From an uncultured Gammaproteobacteria bacterium (GTDB lineage Bacteria; Patescibacteriota; Patescibacteriia; JAHIZJ01), in the NCBI GenBank assembly GCA_964594455.1, contig CAZQLY010000004.1, forward strand, positions 61,972 through 125,971: a DNA stretch of 64,000 nt. The letters are read 5' to 3'. Below are positions 56,370 through 64,000 of the stretch, in pieces. The number at the start of each line of letters is the position of its first letter. Positions within the stretch are counted from its first letter, which is position 1. Under the pieces are notes generated by a model, which saw nothing but the letters and a program-made list of their open reading frames with translations, had not been told where the DNA came from and did not search any database. The position numbers and the translations under genes were made by a program.

Positions 56370-57566
56370 TCAAATATTTCTAGGCGAATCAAATTTCTTT
56401 ATTTCATTCATCATTGTCTCAACCCGCACAGTCCAGGAATGGGGTTTCACGGCATTACGCCTCTGGAGCCTGAGATCACTATTGTCTAGTTCTAATGCCT
56501 CATTGATATGCTGGCTGAAATATTCCGGATCAGAAGCTATCTTGACCAAGCCAGTAAACATTTCCGTGCCGGCAATTGGTGTGGAAACCACAGGCAATCC
56601 GCAAGCCAAGTATTCGTACAATTTCAAGGGATTCATTGATTTGGTAAAGGGATCAACCTTGTGCGGGATAATGCCTACGTGGAAATGAGACAGATATTTT
56701 GGCAAATCAGAATAGGACTTCTGGCCCAAGAAAAAAACGTTTTTATTATCAGCGAATTCCCCTTTGTTCACTTCCGGCCAAACCATACCTACAAAAACAA
56801 AAGACTTATCCGGGTTCATTTCGGCCAGCTGTTTGATCAGATCCAAATCAATTCTATTCTGAATGACTCCGACATACCCGATAATCGGACCGGGAATATC
56901 TTTCATGTCTTCTGGGAAATCAAACTTTCCTTGCAAACGATCGAAGTTAACACCGTTGGGTATCCAGTGAACATTTGGCTGGTTATTAAATAAAAGTTTC
57001 AAATCCTCGGCTACTGTAAAAATTAGATCGGCTTTGCCAGAAATAACTTTATAGTTCTCATCCAGTTTGTCCCGCTGATCCTGGTAGGCTGAATGATTTC
57101 GCCAGTCGTCCACTGCATCAAATATTTTCAGAGGTGAATCCATGGCCTCAAAGGGCTTGACAAACATGGGCAGATATGACCAGAGAATAAAATCTTGGAA
57201 CTTAATTTTCTTAAGCATACGTTTCATCGTTCTGATGGCGATAGCCTCAGAAGCTACTGAATCGACAGTTGATAATACAAAAAGCTTCCCCGCGTGATTA
57301 CCTAATCGGGAATAGTCCACTTGGATTAAGCGGTTGGTAAAATCCCGATACAGCACTTTGCCTTTGGGGCCAAAAGTTTGAGACTCCAGATATGACTTCA
57401 AACCTTTTCTCAAATTGAATGGTAAATAATCCACGGCTAGAATCTTGCCTACTTCCGGACGTCTCAACAAATATTTCAAAATGTGAAAATTGCGATTGAC
57501 AATACCGTTTTCCCATTCCTGAAAACTGGACATGTTCAGCATTAAAATGTTGTAGGGCTGATTCAT
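56370..57566 (-). CDS. glycosyltransferase (GT1/GT4-like)
   Basis: C-terminal GT-B motifs: GLPVVSTPIAGTEMF. 4-bp overlap with the upstream GT gene. Confidence 0.75.
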   Translation of the reverse strand: MNQPYNILMLNMSSFQEWENGIVNRNFHILKYLLRRPEVGKILAVDYLPFNLRKGLKSYLESQTFGPKGKVLYRDFTNRLIQVDYSRLGNHAGKLFVLSTVDSVASEAIAIRTMKRMLKKIKFQDFILWSYLPMFVKPFEAMDSPLKIFDAVDDWRNHSAYQDQRDKLDENYKVISGKADLIFTVAEDLKLLFNNQPNVHWIPNGVNFDRLQGKFDFPEDMKDIPGPIIGYVGVIQNRIDLDLIKQLAEMNPDKSFVFVGMVWPEVNKGEFADNKNVFFLGQKSYSDLPKYLSHFHVGIIPHKVDPFTKSMNPLKLYEYLACGLPVVSTPIAGTEMFTGLVKIASDPEYFSQHINEALELDNSDLRLQRRNAVKPHSWTVRVETMMNEIKKFDSPRNI

Positions 57567-58705
57567 GATTGCTTGATAATATCTTCTAATTCTTTGGCTC
57601 GGCTGCTCCAGCGAAAATCTTTTAACACTCTTTGCTGGCCGGCTAAACCCAAGCGCTCAGCATAAGACTTATCAGTAAATAATCGGTTGATAGCAGTGGC
57701 GATATCCTCCAGGCAATTTGGATCAACTAACAGTCCGGTCTGGCCATCTACTATCGCCTCGCCCACCCCTCCGCTATGTCCACCAACAACGGGAATAGCA
57801 AAACTGTTAGCCTCAAGATAAACAATGCCAAATCCTTCTACGTCGCGATTGGACAGCTCGCGTGAAGGCATAATAAATACGTCAGCTAATTGATAGTAGG
57901 CGGGCAAATCTTCATCTGAAACGGATCCGACAAATACTACTCGATCCGCAACGCCCAATTTATCAGCCAGGGAGCGCAATGCAGATTCATATTCACCTGA
58001 ACCCACAACTACGTATTTTAAATCACTCAGCTTATCCTTGAGCTGAGCCAAAGCCTTGATCACCATATCGTGGCCTTTGCGCTCTTTTAATCGGCTAACA
58101 GTCAGTAAAATCCTGGACCCGGCCAGATGGTATTTATTTTTTATAGAGTCTAATCGCCCTTCGCTGACTGATCGGCCCACCATATTACAACCCGGAGTCA
58201 AAACGACAATTTTGTCTTGCGGTATTCCTAGTTTGATTAACTCTTTCTTGGTGTATTCACTATTGGCCACCACCTGGTGAGCCCCTGCTAAAACCCTTAG
58301 CATCATTCTTTTTTTGCGCGGATAAGCCTGAGGATAAGTGATATCCAGGCCGTGGGTAAAAATTATATATGGTATTTTTCTAAAACGATTTACAATATAG
58401 GCCGCACTGCCCACGGGCAATACTTGTCCCACTAGGAGAACTTCGATTTTCTCTTCTTGAATTATCCTAAAAAGTTCAAAAACCAACCGGATCCATTTTG
58501 GCCAGAGCAGCGGTGAATTAAATAGAAACTGTCTCCTGACAACTTTACACTCCTGGCACTGATCAAAAGCCTGACTCTCTGCGGCCAGAGGAGCTAACAC
58601 CGTAACCTGAGCCGGATCCCAACGACGTATCAAATTGTGATAATAACGCGCCACTCCGCCATGGGCTGGTGGATAATCAAGTGTGACAAATAGTGATTTC
58701 TTCAT
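57563..58705 (-). CDS. glycosyltransferase family 4
   Basis: EGFGIVYLEANSFAIPVVGGHSGGVGEAIVDGQTGLLVDP contains the EX7E motif region. Confidence 0.85.
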   Translation of the reverse strand: MKKSLFVTLDYPPAHGGVARYYHNLIRRWDPAQVTVLAPLAAESQAFDQCQECKVVRRQFLFNSPLLWPKWIRLVFELFRIIQEEKIEVLLVGQVLPVGSAAYIVNRFRKIPYIIFTHGLDITYPQAYPRKKRMMLRVLAGAHQVVANSEYTKKELIKLGIPQDKIVVLTPGCNMVGRSVSEGRLDSIKNKYHLAGSRILLTVSRLKERKGHDMVIKALAQLKDKLSDLKYVVVGSGEYESALRSLADKLGVADRVVFVGSVSDEDLPAYYQLADVFIMPSRELSNRDVEGFGIVYLEANSFAIPVVGGHSGGVGEAIVDGQTGLLVDPNCLEDIATAINRLFTDKSYAERLGLAGQQRVLKDFRWSSRAKELEDIIKQS

Positions 58706-60165
58706 TTTACTTTTCTCATTACTGATTGGTAGAGCCTGATATATTCACTCTGGCCAAATCCTCGTATGATAAAAAGTATGACAAAATAAATTACTATACC
58801 AATAGGAACCAATAGAAACAAGGATAGACTCTCCTTTAAAAGCACGAGTGAAAAATACATTATCAATGCTGAAACTAAAGTTTTGGCCGCAGTGGTGATA
58901 ATAAACTTCTTGTTGTAGTTAGTGATCTGTCGAACAACATAGAAACCCAAACTCATCAACACAACAATCGAAACCAACGAAGCAATGCTGGTACCGACAA
59001 AAGTGTATTTGGGTATTAACAGCAAATTCAATACAATATTTACCACCATAGCGATTCCAAAATGAATAGTGTTTCTCATTTGCCGATCGCAGGCATTGAG
59101 CAAAGAACCGATTGGGTAATTAATAAATAGAAATATCAAACTAAAAATCAATATTTGAAGCGGCAAGATAGATGCTTCAAAAGCTTCTCCCCAAATCGTG
59201 ATGATAAGCTCATCGGCAATGGCAAAAACTCCGAAAGCGATCGGTACTGAAATTATAGTTAGATAATAAACCGCTCTTTCAAATGTTCGGGCCAACATTT
59301 CTTTGGAAGCCACGAAGTAAGAACTCATAGCCGGAAATACTGCGGCAGCCACAGCAATAGGAATAAACTGAAACGCATAAGTCAGCTTATAAGCGGTACC
59401 GTACCAGCCGGTATAGCTATCACCTTTATCACCGCCCATAATATTTAAAAGCACTGTATCAACGTATCCAAACACCGTTACAAAAATACTGGCTATGGCA
59501 AAAGGCAGCGTGATTTTTAACATGGTTTTAAGTACCGCTTTGTTTAGATAAAACTTGGGCCGCCACTTCAGTTTCTTGAATAGTAAGGCAAAAGTATAAA
59601 TCGCGTTAAACAAACTACCGCATAAAATTGCCAGAACCAGATATTTAATTCCATAACCCAAATGAAGAGCCACCACACCCACTGCAATCACGACGACTTT
59701 GTTGATAATTACTCCAATCGCTTCATATTTAAGCACCTGATACCCTCTGAATATGGCGTAAAAACTAAGAGTAAAAGAATCTAATATCATTATCAATCCG
59801 GAGAAATACACCAACTGTCGCGTTAGATCAGGCTTGCCTAAAAGAGAAATAGTAACAAGCACCGCAGCATATGATAGAACCGCGGTGATTAATTTTATGG
59901 TAAATGCGGTATTAAGATAGAGATATGTCTTCTGCCTGTCTTTGGCTATCTCCCGAGTCAGGATAGAGCTCAAGCCAATATCAATAAAAATACCAAAGAT
60001 GGTAGTCAGGGATAAGGCAAATAGGTATTTACCGATATCCTCATGTCCAACTGATCGTGAAATGTAAATAAAGTAAGCAAAAGACAGCACTTTCTGAAAA
60101 GCCAGTGCAATCGTCAAATATGAAGTATTCCGGGCTATTCTATCTGGATGGTAGCTGGCAGTCAC
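58702..60165 (-). CDS. wzx: oligosaccharide/polysaccharide flippase (Wzx/MOP family)
   Basis: About 14 TM helices. 4-bp overlap with the downstream GT gene. Confidence 0.8.
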   Translation of the reverse strand: MTASYHPDRIARNTSYLTIALAFQKVLSFAYFIYISRSVGHEDIGKYLFALSLTTIFGIFIDIGLSSILTREIAKDRQKTYLYLNTAFTIKLITAVLSYAAVLVTISLLGKPDLTRQLVYFSGLIMILDSFTLSFYAIFRGYQVLKYEAIGVIINKVVVIAVGVVALHLGYGIKYLVLAILCGSLFNAIYTFALLFKKLKWRPKFYLNKAVLKTMLKITLPFAIASIFVTVFGYVDTVLLNIMGGDKGDSYTGWYGTAYKLTYAFQFIPIAVAAAVFPAMSSYFVASKEMLARTFERAVYYLTIISVPIAFGVFAIADELIITIWGEAFEASILPLQILIFSLIFLFINYPIGSLLNACDRQMRNTIHFGIAMVVNIVLNLLLIPKYTFVGTSIASLVSIVVLMSLGFYVVRQITNYNKKFIITTAAKTLVSALIMYFSLVLLKESLSLFLLVPIGIVIYFVILFIIRGFGQSEYIRLYQSVMRKVK

Positions 60166-60262
60166 GATTTAATGTAGAATTAACAAATAAGAATGTAAAA
60201 CGTGAAGAACTTAGTTATCTCAAGACATTTTACATTCTTCATTTTACATTTTGAGTTACTTT

Positions 60263-60805
60263 CTAGCGTTTCTGCCACTGTGGAGCTCGACGTGCCCGTT
60301 TTAATCCAAATTTTTTCCTTTCTTTAACTCGGGCGTCCCGTTTCAGAAATCCAAGCCGTTTGAGTTGTGGTCGATAAGACTTATCAACCAAGATCAACAC
60401 TCTAGACAATCCATGTCGGACTGCCTCGGCTTGACCTTTTATCCCACCGCCAGCAACCCTGATCGTAATATCCGCATCTATCTTGAGACTGAGTGCCGTT
60501 AACGGATCTTTGGCAATTTGTTGCAGCTCTATGGTAGAAAAATATTTTTCAACCGGTTTATTGTTTACAATAAATTGGCCTGTGCCTTTTTTATGATAGC
60601 GTACCCGGGCAATAGCTGATTTGCGTCGTCCAACCGCAAAAAGATATGTTCGACGTTTAGTCTTCTGCTTCTCTGTCTTGGCTATCTTGGGTTCAGTCTG
60701 AGCAACCTTTTTCTCGGCTTCGGTTTTTTTGGGCCGCCCGCGTTTCTTCTTTGGCTCGGCTGTCTTCTTCGGTTCTTTTTTTGTGGTCGAATTCTCTTGT
60801 TTCAT
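60263..60805 (-). CDS. rpsI: 30S ribosomal protein S9 with a Lys-rich N-terminal extension containing an AT-hook-like KKRGRPKK
   Basis: C-terminus GGGIKGQAEAVRHGLSRVL...KRDARVKERKKFGLKRARRAPQWQKR. Confidence 0.9.
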   Translation of the reverse strand: MKQENSTTKKEPKKTAEPKKKRGRPKKTEAEKKVAQTEPKIAKTEKQKTKRRTYLFAVGRRKSAIARVRYHKKGTGQFIVNNKPVEKYFSTIELQQIAKDPLTALSLKIDADITIRVAGGGIKGQAEAVRHGLSRVLILVDKSYRPQLKRLGFLKRDARVKERKKFGLKRARRAPQWQKR

Positions 60806-60807
60806 AT

Positions 60808-61170
60808 TTATACAAATATTAATCGGCGCATACGTCGGGATTGCAAGCGATTCTTTGGCAGCATGTTCTGTACGGCCTTCATTAAAATGACATGAGGTTT
60901 TTTATCTATATATTCACTCATCTTTACCGTTTTTAACCCGCCCGGATAGCCGGTATAGCGATAATAGAGTTTTTGCTCGGCTTTCTTGCCGGTTATTTTC
61001 ATTTCACCAATATTTGATACTTCAACCCTGATGGGAAAATCAATATTTGGAGCATAATCAGCCCGATGTTTACCTTGGAGCAAGCCAGCTATCTCAGAAG
61101 CTAAACGTCCAAATGACTTATCCTTGGCATCAAGTTTATGTAGTTCGTTTTTATCCTTACTTTTGGCCAT
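60808..61170 (-). CDS. rplM: 50S ribosomal protein L13
   Basis: LGRLASEIAGLLQGKH...KMSEYIDKKPHVILMKAVQNMLPKN. The ORF track extends to 61251 through a Lys-rich overlapping frame, so the likely start is the ATG at 61170. Confidence 0.85.
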   Translation of the reverse strand: MAKSKDKNELHKLDAKDKSFGRLASEIAGLLQGKHRADYAPNIDFPIRVEVSNIGEMKITGKKAEQKLYYRYTGYPGGLKTVKMSEYIDKKPHVILMKAVQNMLPKNRLQSRRMRRLIFV

Positions 61171-61606
61171 TTTCTTTCTCCTTCTCCTTTTCTTTCTTCT
61201 TTTCATCTTTGTCGGACTTCTTGGCTGTGGTTTTTTCTGAGCTCTGCTCAATTCTATTTACAAACTCCACCATAGCCATTTCCGCACCATCGCCTTGCCG
61301 ACGACCAGCTTTTGTCACGCGGGTGTAACCACTGGTGCGATCCTGGAAACGTTTACTCAAATCGTTAAATAACTTATTAACTGCCGGCTTGTTGTTCAAC
61401 AAGCTCAAGAGCTGCCGGCGAGCGGGTAAATTTTTCTTCTTAGCTATAGTAATGCATTTCTCGACAAATGGTCTGAGCCATTTGGCTTTAGCTTGGGTCG
61501 TTTTTATTCTTTCGGCTGAAATCAAACTCACCGCCAAACTTCTTTTCAACATTCGACGCTGATAGCTGGGACGACCTAATATTTTAGTTTTCTTCCTGTG
61601 ACGCAT
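61157..61606 (-). CDS. rplQ: 50S ribosomal protein L17 with a Lys/Glu-rich C-terminal tail
   Basis: MRHRKKTKILGRPSYQRRMLKRSLAVSLI...TGYTRVTKAGRRQGDGAEMA. Confidence 0.9.
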   Translation of the reverse strand: MRHRKKTKILGRPSYQRRMLKRSLAVSLISAERIKTTQAKAKWLRPFVEKCITIAKKKNLPARRQLLSLLNNKPAVNKLFNDLSKRFQDRTSGYTRVTKAGRRQGDGAEMAMVEFVNRIEQSSEKTTAKKSDKDEKKKEKEKEKENGQK

Positions 61607-61625
61607 TTTAATTTACGATATCTTC

Positions 61626-62411
61626 TTATTCACCAGTTTCATCTTTCTTTTCGGTCTTTTTCGGACGACCGCGCTTTTTCTTGGTGTCAACAGCGGTGGT
61701 GGTTTTCTTTTCCGCTTTTTCCTCTCCCACGCTCTTCAATAAATGGTTGAAGTGTTCCTGTAAGATAATATTAGTTTGGTGGAAGGCTTCTTCTGGACTG
61801 ATGGTACCATCAGTAGTAACTTCCAAAACCAGCTTGTCATAATTGGTCATCTGACCGACACGGACATTCTCTATTTCGAAATTAACGTTCCTAACTGGTG
61901 TGTAGACGGCATCTATCGAGATCAAACCAATCTCATTCTTTTCTTTTTCTCGGCTTTCTACCGGAACATAACCACGTCCTTTTTCTACCCGCAGTTCCAT
62001 TTCTATTTCGGCTTTTTTATCAGTCAGAGTAGCGATTACCTGATCAGGGTTAGCCACTTCCACGTCACTGCTAACCTTTATGTCTTTGGCCGTTACTTTC
62101 TTTTCGCCTTTTTCTTTGATAGTAACAGTAACCGGCTCGTTGGAATGCGACTTCAGTCTGACTGTCTTCAGGTTTAAAATAATGTCGACAATATCTTCTT
62201 TGACATTCGGTAAAGTCGAAAATTCATGACTGACATCTTTAATCTTCACCGCGGTTATAGCGGCGCCTTCCATGGACGACAGGAGTACGCGACGTAAAGC
62301 ATTACCCAAAGTTACTCCATAACCCGGGTAACACGGTTCAATAATAAACTTAGAATAATTTTCTTCGATTTTTTTTACCTCTATTTTTTCTGGAAGTGGA
62401 ATCGGGTTCAT
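61626..62411 (-). CDS. rpoA: DNA-directed RNA polymerase alpha subunit lacking the alpha-CTD; C-terminus replaced by a short AT-hook-like tail (KKKRGRPKKTEKK)
   Basis: The N-terminal domain and dimerisation region are conserved. The product is only 261 aa. Confidence 0.9.
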   Translation of the reverse strand: MNPIPLPEKIEVKKIEENYSKFIIEPCYPGYGVTLGNALRRVLLSSMEGAAITAVKIKDVSHEFSTLPNVKEDIVDIILNLKTVRLKSHSNEPVTVTIKEKGEKKVTAKDIKVSSDVEVANPDQVIATLTDKKAEIEMELRVEKGRGYVPVESREKEKNEIGLISIDAVYTPVRNVNFEIENVRVGQMTNYDKLVLEVTTDGTISPEEAFHQTNIILQEHFNHLLKSVGEEKAEKKTTTAVDTKKKRGRPKKTEKKDETGE

Positions 62412-62437
62412 AAATATTCGCTAAATTATTTATATAA

Positions 62438-63070
62438 TTATCTGGAATAAAACTCGATAATAGGCTGGGATTGGAAGTTCTGTTTCAGCTCTTCTGGAGT
62501 CGGCTCGCCAGTCACTTTGCCCTTCAGGGTCTTTTTATCCAATGATAGCCAGGAAGGTATTTCTTTTTTTTCAATCTTCTTTAACAACTCTTTGAAATAT
62601 TTCTTATCCATTCGAGCTTCTTTTACGGCAATTTCGTCGCCAACTTTAACTTGATAAGAAGGAATGTTAACCGTTCGGCCATTCACCAAAACGTGGCTAT
62701 GATTTACAACCTGACGGGCCTGACTTCGGGAGTCTCCCAGGCCTAAGCGATAAACTGCATTATCTAAACGTTTTTCTAACAACCGACTGAGATTTTCACC
62801 GGTTTCGCCTTTTTGGGTCAGAGCTTTTTGGAAATAATTATAGAATTGAGTTTCCCCCAGACCATACAGACGTTTAGCCTTCTGCTTTTCTCTGAGCTGG
62901 ATCCCATAATTAGAAGTTCGGCCCCGGCGTTGAGATTGACCGTGGATTCCCGGTGGGTAGTTACGTTTTACTAATGGACATTTATTGGTAAAACACTTCT
63001 CACCTTTTAAGAAAAGCTTTTCACCCTCTCTTCGACATTTTTTACATTTTGAATCTAGGCTTCTTCCCAT
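62438..63070 (-). CDS. rpsD: 30S ribosomal protein S4
   Basis: MGRSLDSKCKKCRREGEKLFLKGEKC...S4 domain. Confidence 0.9.
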   Translation of the reverse strand: MGRSLDSKCKKCRREGEKLFLKGEKCFTNKCPLVKRNYPPGIHGQSQRRGRTSNYGIQLREKQKAKRLYGLGETQFYNYFQKALTQKGETGENLSRLLEKRLDNAVYRLGLGDSRSQARQVVNHSHVLVNGRTVNIPSYQVKVGDEIAVKEARMDKKYFKELLKKIEKKEIPSWLSLDKKTLKGKVTGEPTPEELKQNFQSQPIIEFYSR

Positions 63071-63084
63071 TGTATTATCTAAGG

Positions 63085-63555
63085 TTAAACTCGACGTACC
63101 TTTCGCGGCCGTGGTCCATTATGTGGAATAGGAGTTACGTCTTTGATAGATAAAATATTGATACCTTGGGCGTTCAAGGCTCGGATAGCGGCTTCCCGAC
63201 CAGAGCCAACACCCTTCAAGCGTACATCAGCTTCTTTAACACCATAATCTTTCATTTTTTCCATAGCTGATCGAACAATTACTCCGGCAGCATAAGGAGT
63301 GGCCTTTTTGGGTCCGGCAAATCCGCACTGTCCAGCTGATGATTGAGCGATCACTCCGCCATCTGGGTCAGTAAAAGTAACTATAGTATTGTTATAGGTC
63401 GCCTGGACGTGAACAATAGCTCGGGTAACGAACTTTTTCACCTTCTTTTTCTTGCGTGAAGCTGTCTTGGTTTTTTTCTCAGACTTAGGCTTCTCTGTAG
63501 TTGCAGATTCCTCTGGTTTCTTATCTTCTGGTTGTTTTTTTACTTCTTCAGTCAT
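63085..63555 (-). CDS. rpsK: 30S ribosomal protein S11 with an N-terminal Lys-rich extension
   Basis: ...AIVHVQATYNNTIVTFTD...GSGREAAIRALNAQGINILSIKDVTPIPHNGPRPRKVRRV. Confidence 0.9.
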   Translation of the reverse strand: MTEEVKKQPEDKKPEESATTEKPKSEKKTKTASRKKKKVKKFVTRAIVHVQATYNNTIVTFTDPDGGVIAQSSAGQCGFAGPKKATPYAAGVIVRSAMEKMKDYGVKEADVRLKGVGSGREAAIRALNAQGINILSIKDVTPIPHNGPRPRKVRRV

Positions 63556-63566
63556 TATTCTAAATA

Positions 63567-63959
63567 TTATGTCTTTTCAGCTGCCGGGCGACGACCAGAA
63601 CCCATAGTTCTACGTACGTTTCCGCGAACTGTTCTATTATTAGTCTTGGTGCGCTGCCCGCGAACAGGCAGTCCTTTGGCATGTCGGGATCCGCGATAGC
63701 TGCTGATTTCTTTCAAACGCTTCACATTTGAAAGCATTTCCCGTCGCAATTCACCTTCTACCCTAATGCTTTTTTCAATATGAGTATTTAACTGTCGGAT
63801 TTGATCCTCAGTTAAGTCCTGAGTCCTGGTATTGGGATCAATTTTTAATTCTTTTAAAATTCTACCGGCTAAAACTCGGCCTATTCCGTAAACATAGGTT
63901 AAACCGATCTCGATGCGTTTGTTTTGGGGTAAGGTTACACCAATAATTCTAGCTGCCAT
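63567..63959 (-). CDS. rpsM: 30S ribosomal protein S13
   Basis: MAARIIGVTLPQNKRIEIGLTYVYGIG...GLPVRGQRTKTNNRT. Confidence 0.9.
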   Translation of the reverse strand: MAARIIGVTLPQNKRIEIGLTYVYGIGRVLAGRILKELKIDPNTRTQDLTEDQIRQLNTHIEKSIRVEGELRREMLSNVKRLKEISSYRGSRHAKGLPVRGQRTKTNNRTVRGNVRRTMGSGRRPAAEKT

Positions 63960-63964
63960 GAATT

Positions 63965-64000
63965 CAATTAATAATTAACAATTAACAATTAACAATTAAC
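63965..64000. repeat. tandem heptamer repeat (CAATTAA)n at the window edge
   Basis: caattaacaattaacaattaacaattaac. Confidence 0.5.

Noticed and set aside
60808-61251. Extended L13 start at 61251 (product MSRAQKKPQPRSPTKMKRRKKRRRRKK...) and ORF 61047..61328 (+)
   Set aside because: These are Lys/Arg-rich translations of the repetitive purine-rich L17 tail region in alternate frames. L13 homology begins at the ATG at 61170.
1-64000. CRISPR arrays and rRNA genes
   Set aside because: No regularly spaced direct repeats with unique spacers were seen. The REP-like palindromes are spaced 500-750 bp apart and separated by genes. No rRNA-like conserved stretches were found.

Overview
This window reads as low-GC, gene-dense, mostly minus-strand bacterial DNA, and I think it comes from a CPR/Patescibacteria-like organism. 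Three things point that way: ribosomal proteins S9, L13, L17 and S11 carry Lys-rich extensions; rpoA lacks the alpha C-terminal domain; and there is a small TrbC/VirB2-like pilin. The 3' end carries a ribosomal operon (rpsM-rpsK-rpsD-rpoA-rplQ-rplM-rpsI). A glycan operon of two GT4 glycosyltransferases and a Wzx flippase lies beside it. Housekeeping genes include sodA, rdgB, truB, an HU protein, murA, rpmG, a NatAB-like ABC exporter, a DsbA-like protein, an AlkD-like repair enzyme and a PEBP. tRNAs are Pro(CGG), Trp(CCA) and Thr(UGU). The AT-rich backbone is interrupted by clearly GC-richer islands. The most notable content is: (1) A complete diversity-generating retroelement: an RT with the DGR-type LGxxxSQ motif, a divergent Avd four-helix-bundle gene, a 123-bp TR/VR pair with 11-12 adenine-specific mismatches, and VR at the C-terminus of a target gene. 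(2) A heliorhodopsin gene at the end of a six-gene membrane operon that includes a cytochrome b5-like heme protein. (3) A REP-like palindrome family with a RayT transposase. (4) A DpnI-like Type IIM endonuclease in an operon with a DUF3800 protein. (5) Doc/HTH and Phd-like TA modules. (6) tRNA genes flanked by duplicated tRNA fragments with a GIY-YIG gene between direct repeats. (7) Three paralogous secreted FG-GAP-like beta-propeller proteins with different heads, which are an L,D-transpeptidase domain and FN3 plus Cys-rich modules, next to a giant GH5-like surface protein. No CRISPR array or rRNA is present. I had no search or folding tools, so every homology call rests on motif recognition by eye.
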